Numbered from the stretch's first letter, positions 16,316 through 25,816 are shown. The stretch: 28,025 nucleotides of DNA from a virus (IMGVR_UViG_3300020045_003647:1-28025), one strand, 5' to 3'. Numbers and translations: made by a program. Notes: generated from the sequence alone by a model not told the origin.

Positions 16316-16605
16316 TTTGTATCTCCGTATACGTCGTTCGCGCTGTAGTTGTAATTAACAACACTGCTTGTTTTGAAATCAGCGCAAGATATGTAACTTC
16401 CAGTTTCAGCCTGTCTATCTCTCCACTCTTTTGCTATACCTACAATCATGGCAGCAACAAGCTCTGGTATGACTGCTAAATTACAATCATCCTGATTTTC
16501 AAAATCAGTATGCAGGCCGCAAATCTCAATGTCAGGCTTATCAACTCCGCGCTTGAAAGTTACAAGCACAAAAGCGTCATCGTCGCATCCAGTTATTTTT
16601 GCCAT
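16312..16605 (-). CDS. hypothetical protein
   Basis: GAGG RBS; first gene after promoter 16662-16690. Confidence 0.7.
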   Translation of the reverse strand: MAKITGCDDDAFVLVTFKRGVDKPDIEICGLHTDFENQDDCNLAVIPELVAAMIVGIAKEWRDRQAETGSYISCADFKTSSVVNYNYSANDVYGDTK

Positions 16606-16661
16606 TTTAACCCTCAGCTCTTCTAGCTATGCCGCGCACCATTGCGCCTCACCTGTCATTA

Positions 16662-16690
16662 AATCTACGCCAATAATTTAACTATTACAA
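16662..16690 (-). promoter_or_regulatory. leftward early promoter; the motif overlaps the -35
   Basis: Minus strand TTGTAA, 17 bp, TAGATT; TGTAATAGTTAAAT at 16689-16676. Confidence 0.7.
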
Positions 16691-16769
16691 GTTAAGAAAT
16701 GCATAAAAATAAAGTTTTTTAAGCTATTCCACATGTATGAAAAGCGTGTTATCGTATGGCGAGTTCGGC

Positions 16770-16904
16770 GTTAAATTTTACTTAAACTTCTCTATATAAC
16801 AATATTAAAATATTAATATATCTATATATAAAAGAGCGAAACATAAAAAAGCCCCTTCCTTTCGGAGAGGGGCTTTCAAATATTAATATTTCTCTAAAGC
16901 TAAA
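16770..16904. other. AT-rich tract, terminator hairpin and 19-bp repeat downstream of the primase; candidate replication origin 2
   Basis: AT/TA-rich run at 16770-16835, hairpin AAAGCCCCTTCC-TTTC-GGAGAGGGGCTTT (about 16848-16876), and ATATTTCTCTAAAGCTAAA at 16886-16904. Confidence 0.5.
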
Positions 16905-16959
16905 TGAGTCCAACAAAGAGCGCTATGGTGCGCAACACCAGATAACTAACAATATTAGT

Positions 16960-19257
16960 CTAAACTGCCACATACCGCAACGACTTCACATGAGTTTTAC
17001 CGTGTTCAACTTCATATGACTCAAGGCTTCCGTCGTCAACCATTGCGACAACCATCGCTTGCACATCCTGCTTGGTGTATTTCTTGTTCATGGCCCGCTG
17101 ACAGATAACACTGATTGGCTCCCCCTCCTCATACCCACATGCTGAAATGATGCGAGTGCGCAGAACATCCACCAGACTATCGCTACGCTCTGACTCAGCA
17201 AGCATGTTGGAACGAGCAAGCATTATCTTTGTATCAACATCTTTGCGCATGGCCGCATAAGCCCATCTAACGTGCTCTGCCGTGCGAAGCCCTGAAGGTA
17301 TGGCAAGTATCAGGCTTATCTTTGCGCATAGCTCGTAGCCACGTTTTACGATGCTTTCCAGCCCAGTAGCGCCCTTATGCTTCTCTGCGTAGTCTTCAAT
17401 CCAATCGCTGACTTGCTCAAGCATATCTTCTGCTTCTTTGTCTGTGCGAACCTCAATCTTGTCACCTCGATGCTCTACGCATACCTGCATGTCAGGGTTA
17501 CAAGTACCCTGGTTATAAAGCTGCTTCAAAGTGGCATTCATGTAGCTATCTGGTGGAGCTTTCTTGAATTTCTTTTTCTTGCGCGGGTTTGTCTCATGCT
17601 CACGCACAATCCATGCGCGCCCGATAAAACCGTTAGTTGCTTGCTCATAGTTAACCATGCCGTCAAACGTCACTGGCGTAGTTGCACCAAACATGGAGAG
17701 AAATGGTGCAACAATTCCTTTATCCAAGTTTTTCAGGCTTTCTTCGGAGCGCGACAGCCTGGCAGCAAAAAAACCGTCACTGTCTTCGTTTTCGTCTATC
17801 TTTCCGTTGCATAGTGCGATTTCTTTCATGAGATTGGCGCGAATATCTTCTTTCAAGTCTCCGCTGATGGTTAGATATCCATTAGCCTTACCATATGCAG
17901 ACATAAGCGTTCCAATGACGCCCTCAAGATAACTTGCTCCGCTTTTTCCAGCGTTGGAAATCTTTTTCAGGACAATGCCTAATTCATCTATCTGGTATGC
18001 CGCCATCTGGTGACGCAAAAGGTTACGGATAATTTCCTGCTCTGACTTGATAGCGCCATGTACGGCCGCGCTTATGCCTGCAGCTATGTGTAAATCCATC
18101 ATCGCTGTCATAATGGCTTCTTTACCAGTCCCTGATGCAGCAACACCGAACACAAACAGATTGGCTGTAACGCTGCTTAAATCGTCTGTATAGCGTAACC
18201 CTGCAATATTTCCAATGGTTGATATTGCCGCAGCCGCCGCTAAATGCTCACGCGGGAAAAGACATTGTGAGTTTATCCAGTTGGTAACTTTCCCTACGAA
18301 CCCGGGCGGGCGCAATAGGTCGATGGTGTCGATACTGAACGGATGGCCATCTTCTTTGTGCTGCTCCTCCTGTTCTTCATGCGGCATTGCAAAAGTAATT
18401 GACCGCTTATATCCACCAGCTTCCGCCATGTGAAAAAGTGTACCAATGGTGACAGGGTTTGCTGATTTACCGAAAGAATGCCAGTGTTTGTCTAGTTCAT
18501 CGCCTCCGTTGTATTTTTTTCCTTTTGAACTCCACGCGTTCCACATGTGAAAACCATCCCCATTGGTAGAGTGGTGAACAGCCATACCAATCTTTATCCA
18601 ATCATCATAATCAACGTCTGCACTAACATGCGCTAACATGTCGCAAATTTCTTGCTCAGTTACATCGAGACTTTCCCCGTTAAACACAGCTCTGTAATGG
18701 TCTGGCTTTTTGAGTAGTTCAAGTAACGCTGGTGGAATAGGCGTTAAATCACATGGATTTCCTTTTTTCTTTTCGTAGTAATTGCCTGATTTGTGAAGGC
18801 TTCCGCAACCCACGCAATAGCCGGATATTTTGAAATCAACGCCTTTGTATTTATCCAAATGTGACAGTAAAGCAATTGGAGGTTCATTCTTGAAATAGAT
18901 GTGCAGCCCACCGCCGCCAGTGGATACAACAAATCCGCTTTCCGCTTCGTAGTCTATACCAGTATCTTTGCATAACCGCTTGTATGACTCATCGCCACCG
19001 TTGCGCGGGTCAATGTCTATCACCAGGTGGTCATCAACCACAACACCAAAGCCAGTATCTAACTGTCCTGTGCTTTCCATAACCTCGATTTGCTCATCTG
19101 ACCAGTGAGGGACGTTAGTCCAATTGGATATACGAGGATGCTTGAGAATTGTTTTACACTCAGGGTTTCCGCACTTGCATGTTCCGTCTGTGTTTACTCC
19201 CCATAATGGGAATATGCGGAATCCCGCTTCCAGGTAATCGTAAATGAAACTAGCCAT
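16960..19257 (-). CDS. DNA primase: bifunctional Prim-Pol N-domain, PriCT-2, P-loop helicase-like (DUF3987-type) domain and C-terminal wHTH-like domain
   Basis: CKCGNPEC..KHP, IDIDPRNGG, TGGGGLHIYF; DYDDWIKIGMAVH..W..WS; Walker A AASGTGKE; IDELG. Confidence 0.9.
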   Translation of the reverse strand: MASFIYDYLEAGFRIFPLWGVNTDGTCKCGNPECKTILKHPRISNWTNVPHWSDEQIEVMESTGQLDTGFGVVVDDHLVIDIDPRNGGDESYKRLCKDTGIDYEAESGFVVSTGGGGLHIYFKNEPPIALLSHLDKYKGVDFKISGYCVGCGSLHKSGNYYEKKKGNPCDLTPIPPALLELLKKPDHYRAVFNGESLDVTEQEICDMLAHVSADVDYDDWIKIGMAVHHSTNGDGFHMWNAWSSKGKKYNGGDELDKHWHSFGKSANPVTIGTLFHMAEAGGYKRSITFAMPHEEQEEQHKEDGHPFSIDTIDLLRPPGFVGKVTNWINSQCLFPREHLAAAAAISTIGNIAGLRYTDDLSSVTANLFVFGVAASGTGKEAIMTAMMDLHIAAGISAAVHGAIKSEQEIIRNLLRHQMAAYQIDELGIVLKKISNAGKSGASYLEGVIGTLMSAYGKANGYLTISGDLKEDIRANLMKEIALCNGKIDENEDSDGFFAARLSRSEESLKNLDKGIVAPFLSMFGATTPVTFDGMVNYEQATNGFIGRAWIVREHETNPRKKKKFKKAPPDSYMNATLKQLYNQGTCNPDMQVCVEHRGDKIEVRTDKEAEDMLEQVSDWIEDYAEKHKGATGLESIVKRGYELCAKISLILAIPSGLRTAEHVRWAYAAMRKDVDTKIMLARSNMLAESERSDSLVDVLRTRIISACGYEEGEPISVICQRAMNKKYTKQDVQAMVVAMVDDGSLESYEVEHGKTHVKSLRYVAV

Positions 19258-19500
19258 CTATTTGTTTCTCCATTGCTTAACATCTGGGCGCATTTCTGAC
19301 GCCTTGAATTTCCCATTGGTGAACTCTTCAACCTTTAACGCTGCTGTTGCACTGATGCGGCCTCTTGAAACCCAATTGCTAACAGTTTGAGTTGATTCGC
19401 CTAACTTTTCAGCCAAGCTCTTTTGACTTCCAGCCCACTCGATAAGGGCTTTTAATTGTGACGTCTCTTGCTCAATAATCATCTGTGTTAGTGTTTTCAT
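19258..19500 (-). CDS. Cro/YdaS-like HTH transcriptional regulator
   Basis: GSQKSLAEKLGESTQTVSNWVSRGRI and MRPDV motifs. Confidence 0.88.
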   Translation of the reverse strand: MKTLTQMIIEQETSQLKALIEWAGSQKSLAEKLGESTQTVSNWVSRGRISATAALKVEEFTNGKFKASEMRPDVKQWRNK

Positions 19501-19529
19501 GTCTCTTCCTTTATGTATTCAATGAAGCA

Positions 19530-19590
19530 ATTCTATGCTAAAAAATAATACACAACAAGTGTTGACACACAAAATATGTTGATTTAGTAT
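19530..19590. promoter_or_regulatory. divergent sigma70 promoters for cro-primase (left) and the recombination/replication operon (right)
   Basis: Rightward: TTGACA (19562-19567), 17 bp, TAGTAT (19585-19590). Leftward: TTGTTG (19558-19553), 17 bp, TAGAAT (19535-19530). Confidence 0.75.
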
Positions 19591-19624
19591 TTACCACATC
19601 GAAGCGAAACAACGGAGTAAAAAG

Positions 19625-20326
19625 ATGGGAACCGGAGTGATAGTGATGGGTAATAGTGGCACTGGTAAATCTACCAGTGGCCGCAACTTAGACCCAGAAA
19701 AATGCTTATGGATACAGGTAATTAAAAAGCGTTTGCCGTTCAGCTCAAAAAACTGGAAGCTTTGGGATGGTGCAACAAAAACAGGTTCAGTTGCCTGTAC
19801 CGATAGCACAAAAAACATTTGCGCGGCAATTGAACGGGCAAAACAGAACGGAAAATCAATTGTTATCATTGATGATTTCCAGTACCTGATGGCTAATGAG
19901 TTTATGAAACGTAGCCAAGAAAAAGGTTACGAAAAGTTTACGGAGATTGCTCGTCACTCATGGGATGTAATGCAGTCTGTTTTGAATGTCGATGATGATA
20001 TTCGGGTGTACATTCTTACCCACACTCAAACTGATGAGTATGGCCAGAATGCAAAAATGAAAACAATCGGCAAGATGCTGGATGAAAAGGTGGTACTTGA
20101 AGGAATGTTCACCATAGTTTTGAAGTCAATTCGTAACGATGACGGGTATTTTTTCAGAACACAGAACGATGGCACAGATACTGTAAAATCACCAATCGGG
20201 ATGTTTAAATCAGAAATCATCGATAATGACTTATCTGTAATTGATGCACAGATTTGCGAATATTACGGAATTGAAGATAAAACAGCAGAACAACCTGCAC
20301 AAACATTAATTGAAGAGGGTAAATAA
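19625..20326 (+). CDS. AAA_24 / Sak4-like P-loop ATPase (ssDNA annealing)
   Basis: GNSGTGKS, IIDDFQYLM, KTIGKMLDEK..LEGMFT, TVKSP.GMF. Confidence 0.88.
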   Translation: MGTGVIVMGNSGTGKSTSGRNLDPEKCLWIQVIKKRLPFSSKNWKLWDGATKTGSVACTDSTKNICAAIERAKQNGKSIVIIDDFQYLMANEFMKRSQEKGYEKFTEIARHSWDVMQSVLNVDDDIRVYILTHTQTDEYGQNAKMKTIGKMLDEKVVLEGMFTIVLKSIRNDDGYFFRTQNDGTDTVKSPIGMFKSEIIDNDLSVIDAQICEYYGIEDKTAEQPAQTLIEEGK

Positions 20327-20327
20327 C

Positions 20328-20894
20328 ATGGGTTTTTTCACTAAATCAACCGGCGAAACACTGAACAAAACAACTGTAACTGGTAATTTTGAGTCACAAA
20401 CTGACTTACTGCCAATTCCTGACAAGACGGTGACCAAGGTTGCATGCACAGAAGCGAAATGGGCTGAAATCGATAAACTGCCAAACGGTGAAACAAAGCG
20501 TTACGTTGGTGAGCGTTATATCAATCTGCGATGGGATGTTATTGAAGGTGAGCACAAAGGACGTGTAACATTCCAAAAACTTTATGTTAATGCTAGTGAA
20601 CCGACTGCAGCAGACAAAGCAAAAGAGATGCTTGCAGCTATCGACTTCAACGCTGGTGGCAAGATTATAGCAGCTGACCGCGAGCCAACAGATATGGATT
20701 TAATGAGCAACCTGGCAAACAAAATCATGTTTGTACGTCAGCGTGTATGGAAAGCAGGTGATAAACAAGGAAACTGGATTGACGCCGTGCAAGGTAAAGG
20801 AACTGTTCAACCTAAAACGAGTGCGCCAGTGCCACAACAGCAACAAACGAGCACTGAACCTACAATTGATATCGACCAAGATATCCCATTCTAA
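20328..20894 (+). CDS. phage ssDNA-binding protein (DUF669-like)
   Basis: Follows the Sak4-like gene; INLRWDVIEGEHKGR..FQKL; acidic tail IDIDQDIPF resembles the bacterial SSB C-terminus. Confidence 0.8.
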   Translation: MGFFTKSTGETLNKTTVTGNFESQTDLLPIPDKTVTKVACTEAKWAEIDKLPNGETKRYVGERYINLRWDVIEGEHKGRVTFQKLYVNASEPTAADKAKEMLAAIDFNAGGKIIAADREPTDMDLMSNLANKIMFVRQRVWKAGDKQGNWIDAVQGKGTVQPKTSAPVPQQQQTSTEPTIDIDQDIPF

Positions 20895-20903
20895 TAACAA
20901 ACT

Positions 20904-20923
20904 AGGCCCTACGGGGCCTTTTT
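20904..20923 (+). terminator. intrinsic terminator
   Basis: AGGCCC-TACG-GGGCCT followed by TTTT. Confidence 0.8.
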
Positions 20924-20950
20924 AAACCTCTTCATTGATAGGATGTAATT

Positions 20951-21769
20951 ATGCACACTGATGATATTTGTATGCGCTCTAGATATTACTCAGAGCGCAA
21001 ATTGAACGACTCAAAACGATTGGAGCAGATAGACGCATTATCGGCACATGTAAAAAACTTCATGCTGTCACGCATTAAAGAGCATTACAAAATTGTGCAT
21101 GAAGGCGCTTTGCTGAATGGATTTTACGCTATCGACGGAATTGTTAAACACAATGACGAATTTATGTTGCTCGCTGTATTTCCTGAGCAAGAATTTTCAT
21201 TAGGCCATATCAGTGCGCAAATGAATTTATCAGGACAATTATCCAAGCAAGGAAATGTACTGCATAAAGCCCTAGTGTTTACGCTGACTAAAAAACTTGT
21301 CGTTGAGTATGATGCTAACGCTGCTTATTTAGCGCTGGATGACTATATTGCATTGTCAGTTATGGATGAGCCACCAGCGCGTACAGATGGTGAATATTGC
21401 GCCTATTGCGACCATTATGATTTATGTATTGGTAATAACCTACCTGTTATAAGTTGCGAAAGTTGCGCCGCTAAAGGATCACCAATTTGCCAGCGTTGCA
21501 CAAATGAAGAGCTACACATATTTCACCCGTGTTTTATCACTAACACAGGTTATTCTATCGAGTCAGTAGACCAAGAAAACATGGTGATTGAGTACGATGG
21601 ATTTTACTCGTCCAATAACAAAACGCTGCGCATGACAAACAAAGAAAAACCCGTTTTAACTTCTGCTGAATTCAAGAAAGTGTGGTCAAATAAAATGACG
21701 ATGGACGATCCATTTATTAAGCTGATGACTAAATTTAATGCCACGATTGATATGCTAGAAGTGGAATAA
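20951..21769 (+). CDS. divergent Cas4/PD-(D/E)XK exonuclease-like protein, apparently lacking the ExK motif
   Basis: C.R..YY N-terminus, IDG, AQM, CAYCDHYDLC and SCESC; lies between the SSB and helicase genes. Confidence 0.55.
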   Translation: MHTDDICMRSRYYSERKLNDSKRLEQIDALSAHVKNFMLSRIKEHYKIVHEGALLNGFYAIDGIVKHNDEFMLLAVFPEQEFSLGHISAQMNLSGQLSKQGNVLHKALVFTLTKKLVVEYDANAAYLALDDYIALSVMDEPPARTDGEYCAYCDHYDLCIGNNLPVISCESCAAKGSPICQRCTNEELHIFHPCFITNTGYSIESVDQENMVIEYDGFYSSNNKTLRMTNKEKPVLTSAEFKKVWSNKMTMDDPFIKLMTKFNATIDMLEVE

Positions 21770-21774
21770 ATACC

Positions 21775-23607
21775 ATGAAAATATCTCCTAGATGGTATCA
21801 GCAAGAGGCGCGTGACGCCTGCATAGCGTGGATAAAAAAATGTTCTGACTCGTGCATCATTGAGGCCCCAACGGGGGCTGGTAAATCAATCATTGTTGCC
21901 ATGCTTGCCAATACGATTAATAAGATGAGCGGTAAAAAAATACTGTGTTTGGCTCCGTCTAAGGAATTGGTACAACAGAACAGAGAAAAATATTTATTAA
22001 CTGGTGAACCAGCGTCCATGTTTTCTGCAAGCGCTGGACGAAAAGAAACAAAAAGCGCTGTTGTTTTCGGTTCACCACTTACAGTTGTTAATAATTTATC
22101 AAAGTTTGGCAGTCAGTATGCGGCGGTTATTGTTGATGAGGCGGACGGAATCACACCAACGCTGAAAAAAATAATTGAGCACATGAAGACAGAAAATCCG
22201 CTGTTGCGTGTTATAGGGTTAACTGCAACACCGTTTAGATTAGGCAGTGGGTACATCTACCAACATCACTACATTCAAGGCGCGTTAACAGAAGAAACTG
22301 CAATCGACCCATATTACAAAGCTTTGATTTACACCATTGATGCACGAATGTTGATTGCAGAAGGTTTTCTTTCGCAGCCAGTGTTTCAACCATCCGTTGA
22401 GAATTACGACACAACAGCATTAAAGATTGGTCGTAACGGTAAGTTTGACGACAAAGAAATCGATAAGGCATTTGTAGGGCAAGGAAGAAAGACAGCTCGT
22501 ATCATTGCCGATGTTGTTGCAAACTCTGTAAATAAGCAAGGCGTGATGATATTTGCAGCCACAAGACAACACGCAAAAGAAATAATGGAGTCATTGCCGC
22601 CAGAACTGTCTGTCATGGTTACAGGTGATATGTCAAAACAAGACCGTGAAGACGCGATAAATAAATTTAAATCTAAGTCATTGAAATATATAGTAAATAT
22701 AACAGTTTTGACGGTCGGTTTTGATGCTCCGCACGTTGACCATGTTGTTATTATGCGGGCCACTGAGTCGGTGAGATTGCTGCAACAAATCATAGGGCGC
22801 GGCCTGCGGGTAGAGGACGGAAAAAACGAGTGCTTGGTTTCAGACTACGCGGGAAACATAGAGCGCCATTGTCCAGATGGTGATGTATTTAATCCAGAAA
22901 TACGCGCAACACGCAAAGGTGAATCTTCACCGATGACAGTGATTTGTCCTACTTGCGGCAACCATAACGAATTTGCAGCACGGTTTAACCCAGATGGTTT
23001 CGACATTGACTCAGAAGGTTATTTTGTAGATTTGGCAGGCTCACGCATTGAAGCAGAAGAGGGTAAGTTTTTACCAGCTCACTATGGAAGACGATGCCAA
23101 GGATTTCACATTATTGGCGGACGATTCACGCAATGCTCACATAAGTGGTCATTTAAGATGTGTGAGTGCGGGCATGAGAATGATATTGCAGCGAGATATT
23201 GCACAAAGTGCCGTGGAGAGCTTGTAAACCCTAACGATCGCCTGATTGAAGAAGCACTAAAGATGGAAAAAGACCCATACCGTGTACGCTTTGCAGATGT
23301 TCAGATGTGGAATTTCACGCGATGGCCAGGTAAAGACGGAAAACCTGAATCATTGCGTGTTGAGTATATGATTGCAGATAAGCCATCTACACTCATGGAG
23401 TGGTATCATCCTGAAAGTGATTCAGCTTGGCTGTTGAGCAAGTGGAATAAGTTTTGTTTGTCTGCGTTCGGTGAAATATTAGGAGGTGTAACTGACGCAT
23501 ACCAACGCAGATTCACAGCAAAACAACCTGAAAAAATCATGTTCAAGAAACAAAAAAACAGTAAATACTTTGATGTTGTCGGGCTAGATTTTGGAGTAAC
23601 AGAATGA
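21775..23607 (+). CDS. superfamily 2 DNA helicase (RadD/YejH-like) with C-terminal zinc ribbons
   Basis: APTGAGKS, IVDEAD, LTATP, LTVGFDAP, QIIGRGLR; CPTC, CEC and CTKC. Confidence 0.93.
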   Translation: MKISPRWYQQEARDACIAWIKKCSDSCIIEAPTGAGKSIIVAMLANTINKMSGKKILCLAPSKELVQQNREKYLLTGEPASMFSASAGRKETKSAVVFGSPLTVVNNLSKFGSQYAAVIVDEADGITPTLKKIIEHMKTENPLLRVIGLTATPFRLGSGYIYQHHYIQGALTEETAIDPYYKALIYTIDARMLIAEGFLSQPVFQPSVENYDTTALKIGRNGKFDDKEIDKAFVGQGRKTARIIADVVANSVNKQGVMIFAATRQHAKEIMESLPPELSVMVTGDMSKQDREDAINKFKSKSLKYIVNITVLTVGFDAPHVDHVVIMRATESVRLLQQIIGRGLRVEDGKNECLVSDYAGNIERHCPDGDVFNPEIRATRKGESSPMTVICPTCGNHNEFAARFNPDGFDIDSEGYFVDLAGSRIEAEEGKFLPAHYGRRCQGFHIIGGRFTQCSHKWSFKMCECGHENDIAARYCTKCRGELVNPNDRLIEEALKMEKDPYRVRFADVQMWNFTRWPGKDGKPESLRVEYMIADKPSTLMEWYHPESDSAWLLSKWNKFCLSAFGEILGGVTDAYQRRFTAKQPEKIMFKKQKNSKYFDVVGLDFGVTE

Positions 23608-24014
23608 AATTCCACTCATGGCTACATGTTGCAGGTGACGTAAGTTATCGCGGTGAATGTCCAATTGAAGACGTAGAGCATGTCACGTTTTTTAATCAGT
23701 TGCGTATTCAACTACCAGAATTGCACAGGATTGCTATACACCCAAAAAACGAAGCAAAGCGCACCGGTAAAGACTTTTACAAGGCAAAACAGGATAAGCT
23801 GCGCGGAGCGTTAAATACGGGCGCTAGCGATGTAGTAATTCCGTGCACTCCAGCTATCGTTATCGAGTTAAAGCGGCTAGACCACACACAAAGCCACTGG
23901 CAAGCTGGACAACAAGAGTACCTATTGCAGTGCCATAAGTTAGGTTCTCACGTATGCGTTGCGCTAGGTTGGGAGGCTGCAATTAATTTCATAAAACAAC
24001 GATATAATTCTTGA
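23604..24014 (+). CDS. VRR-NUC-type nuclease / putative Holliday junction resolvase
   Basis: IHPKNE, GASDV.IP, IELKR, Q..YL, VCVALGWEAA. Confidence 0.85.
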   Translation: MKFHSWLHVAGDVSYRGECPIEDVEHVTFFNQLRIQLPELHRIAIHPKNEAKRTGKDFYKAKQDKLRGALNTGASDVVIPCTPAIVIELKRLDHTQSHWQAGQQEYLLQCHKLGSHVCVALGWEAAINFIKQRYNS

Positions 24015-24053
24015 TTGCTGCGCATGTTGTGCTAGTATTTGTAATAGTTAAAT
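24011..24053 (+). promoter_or_regulatory. early promoter with the motif at the start site
   Basis: TTGATT (24011-24016), 16 bp, TAGTAT (24033-24038); TGTAATAGTTAAAT at 24040-24053. Confidence 0.65.
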
Positions 24054-24068
24054 AACGGAGTTAATTAG

Positions 24069-24803
24069 ATGACAGCAAAAAAGAAAACACTGATTGAGTT
24101 GATGCTGGATGCTGGCGTTAAGCCGGAATGCTTGAATGATAGAACTGAATTTATCGTGTGTGATTCGGCTAGTGAAGGCACTCATTGCATAAGTGAATAT
24201 CATTCTAAACCAAAATTCAAAGCAGACACGCAAGAGTGGTATTCGAATGGATTTGTTTCATTTAATTTAGATATTAAATATGCATGCAAAAACTGGAAAC
24301 GCACAATCATCACAAAGCAGCAGTTTGTTGATGCTTATAACGAAAAGCATAAGCCAGCAGTTAATACCGGCAAGATTGATTTAAGCGCTGGATTCCGTGA
24401 GCGCGCAATGAATAAATGCGTGACAAACATTGCAGAAGATAAGCAGGTTGAAGATATTCAGCCTTGCAAGGTTGCAGTTGAAGGCAATACCGGAATTGAT
24501 TTTCATGCCGCACTAAAAAACATGAATGGAACGTGTAATGACTTGTCATTCATTACAACTAATAAGCCAACAACAAAATCAGACGGCTCAACAGCGTCAT
24601 ATTACGAGCTACCAGAAGGTGCAAAAGAATTACAAGACTTAATTAGTCACCGTGATATGAATAGCCAGATTGGTGAGATTTTCCGCGCATGCTATCGCTA
24701 TGGCTTAGTTGAGCACAGCGACAAATTGCGCGATGCAAAGAAAATTAAATTCTATGCCGATGCTGAAATTAAGCGCTTGGAAAAACTGCAAGGAAGCAAA
24801 TAA
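24069..24803 (+). CDS. hypothetical protein with a C-terminal DUF3310-like domain
   Basis: SDGSTASYYELP..LQDLI....MN..IGEIFRACYRYG...RDAKKI.FY. Confidence 0.7.
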   Translation: MTAKKKTLIELMLDAGVKPECLNDRTEFIVCDSASEGTHCISEYHSKPKFKADTQEWYSNGFVSFNLDIKYACKNWKRTIITKQQFVDAYNEKHKPAVNTGKIDLSAGFRERAMNKCVTNIAEDKQVEDIQPCKVAVEGNTGIDFHAALKNMNGTCNDLSFITTNKPTTKSDGSTASYYELPEGAKELQDLISHRDMNSQIGEIFRACYRYGLVEHSDKLRDAKKIKFYADAEIKRLEKLQGSK

Positions 24804-25159
24804 TGGAACAAGAAATCTGGCATGATGATTTGTATGCAACACGCGAAAAGCCAGTAAAGCCGCGCACAAAGCAACACAAATCATGCGTAAAGTTTGCAGG
24901 TGATTGCAAAATGACTGTTGATGCATACATTGAGTTATCAAAAAAAGAGCTTGGCAGCAAGCTAGAAAAAGCAATGCAGCTTGAGCGGTTACTTGATAAT
25001 GCAAGTGATGATTTTGGCAATAACGCGATGCATGTTGCTGAGTTATACAAGCAAGCCCATGCAGAGTGCAAGTCGCAAAAGTTAAAGGATTTCTGCGATA
25101 CAAGAAGAAAGCTAAATGCGAATAAGGCGACAATTTGGAGGAGAGAGAATAATGCCTAA
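24803..25159 (+). CDS. hypothetical protein
   Basis: TAATG overlap; 118 aa. Confidence 0.7.
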   Translation: MEQEIWHDDLYATREKPVKPRTKQHKSCVKFAGDCKMTVDAYIELSKKELGSKLEKAMQLERLLDNASDDFGNNAMHVAELYKQAHAECKSQKLKDFCDTRRKLNANKATIWRRENNA

Positions 25160-25349
25160 AACAACCCATCTAGAATGCTACAAACAGCACTACACGCAAA
25201 CAACGCGCATGATATTAGCGCGTTGCAGCAATGATGTAGACAAACTAATGCAATCGCATGAGTTAATCGAGCAAGCGCTAGAAAGCGAGCTGGAGCGCGT
25301 TAGGGAGTCAATGCGTGAGTTGATTAATCGTAATGGATGGAATAAATAA
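25152..25349 (+). CDS. small coiled-coil hypothetical protein
   Basis: ORF track 25116..25349; ATG 25152 follows GGAGGAG. Confidence 0.65.
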   Translation: MPKTTHLECYKQHYTQTTRMILARCSNDVDKLMQSHELIEQALESELERVRESMRELINRNGWNK

Positions 25350-25816
25350 TGGGCACCAAACGCAAGGAAGTTAACTTCACCAAGCAAGAATTGCAGGATT
25401 ATTGCTCCGGGAAAATCACCATGTTTACGCTGGCAGATAAACACCGAGTTAGCAAAGATACAATCAGTGCGCGGTTGTCAGACTTAAATAGCGATGACAT
25501 CAATGCCGCAATGAAGCGTAACCGGGATAAATCAAACGTAAAAATGACCGATGTTATTCTTGCGTCAATCATAGATGACTATGAAGACGGAATGAAAATG
25601 GAAGACATTGTTGATAAATATCACATGACCGCCCCGACGATTAACAAGTACCTGCGTCTGCAGGGTATTCCAGTTCGCAATCGACCTCCTAAAAGCAAAC
25701 TGCAGGTTTTAACTAAACATCGTGACGCATCAAAGGTGCGCATTCCGAAAACGTCGTTCACCATTCCGCATCGCATGATGACCATTGGCATGAGGCAACA
25801 ACAATGCAGAGTGTAG
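25349..25816 (+). CDS. putative DNA-binding protein with two HTH repeats
   Basis: DYCSGKITMFTLADKHRVSKDTISARL and DYEDGMKMEDIVDKYHMTAPTINKYL. Confidence 0.7.
   Translation: MGTKRKEVNFTKQELQDYCSGKITMFTLADKHRVSKDTISARLSDLNSDDINAAMKRNRDKSNVKMTDVILASIIDDYEDGMKMEDIVDKYHMTAPTINKYLRLQGIPVRNRPPKSKLQVLTKHRDASKVRIPKTSFTIPHRMMTIGMRQQQCRV

Noticed and set aside
1798-24053. Repeats as a CRISPR array or att sites
   Set aside because: The copies are short, dispersed and tied to promoters. There is no regular repeat-spacer array and no integrase or cas gene in the window.
4286-25444. Many antisense/shadow ORFs in the track (e.g. 4286..4666, 6644..6985, 15703..16071, 17377..17814, 22404..22793, 24705..25169)
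   Set aside because: They overlap recognisable genes on the other strand and have no RBS or motifs.
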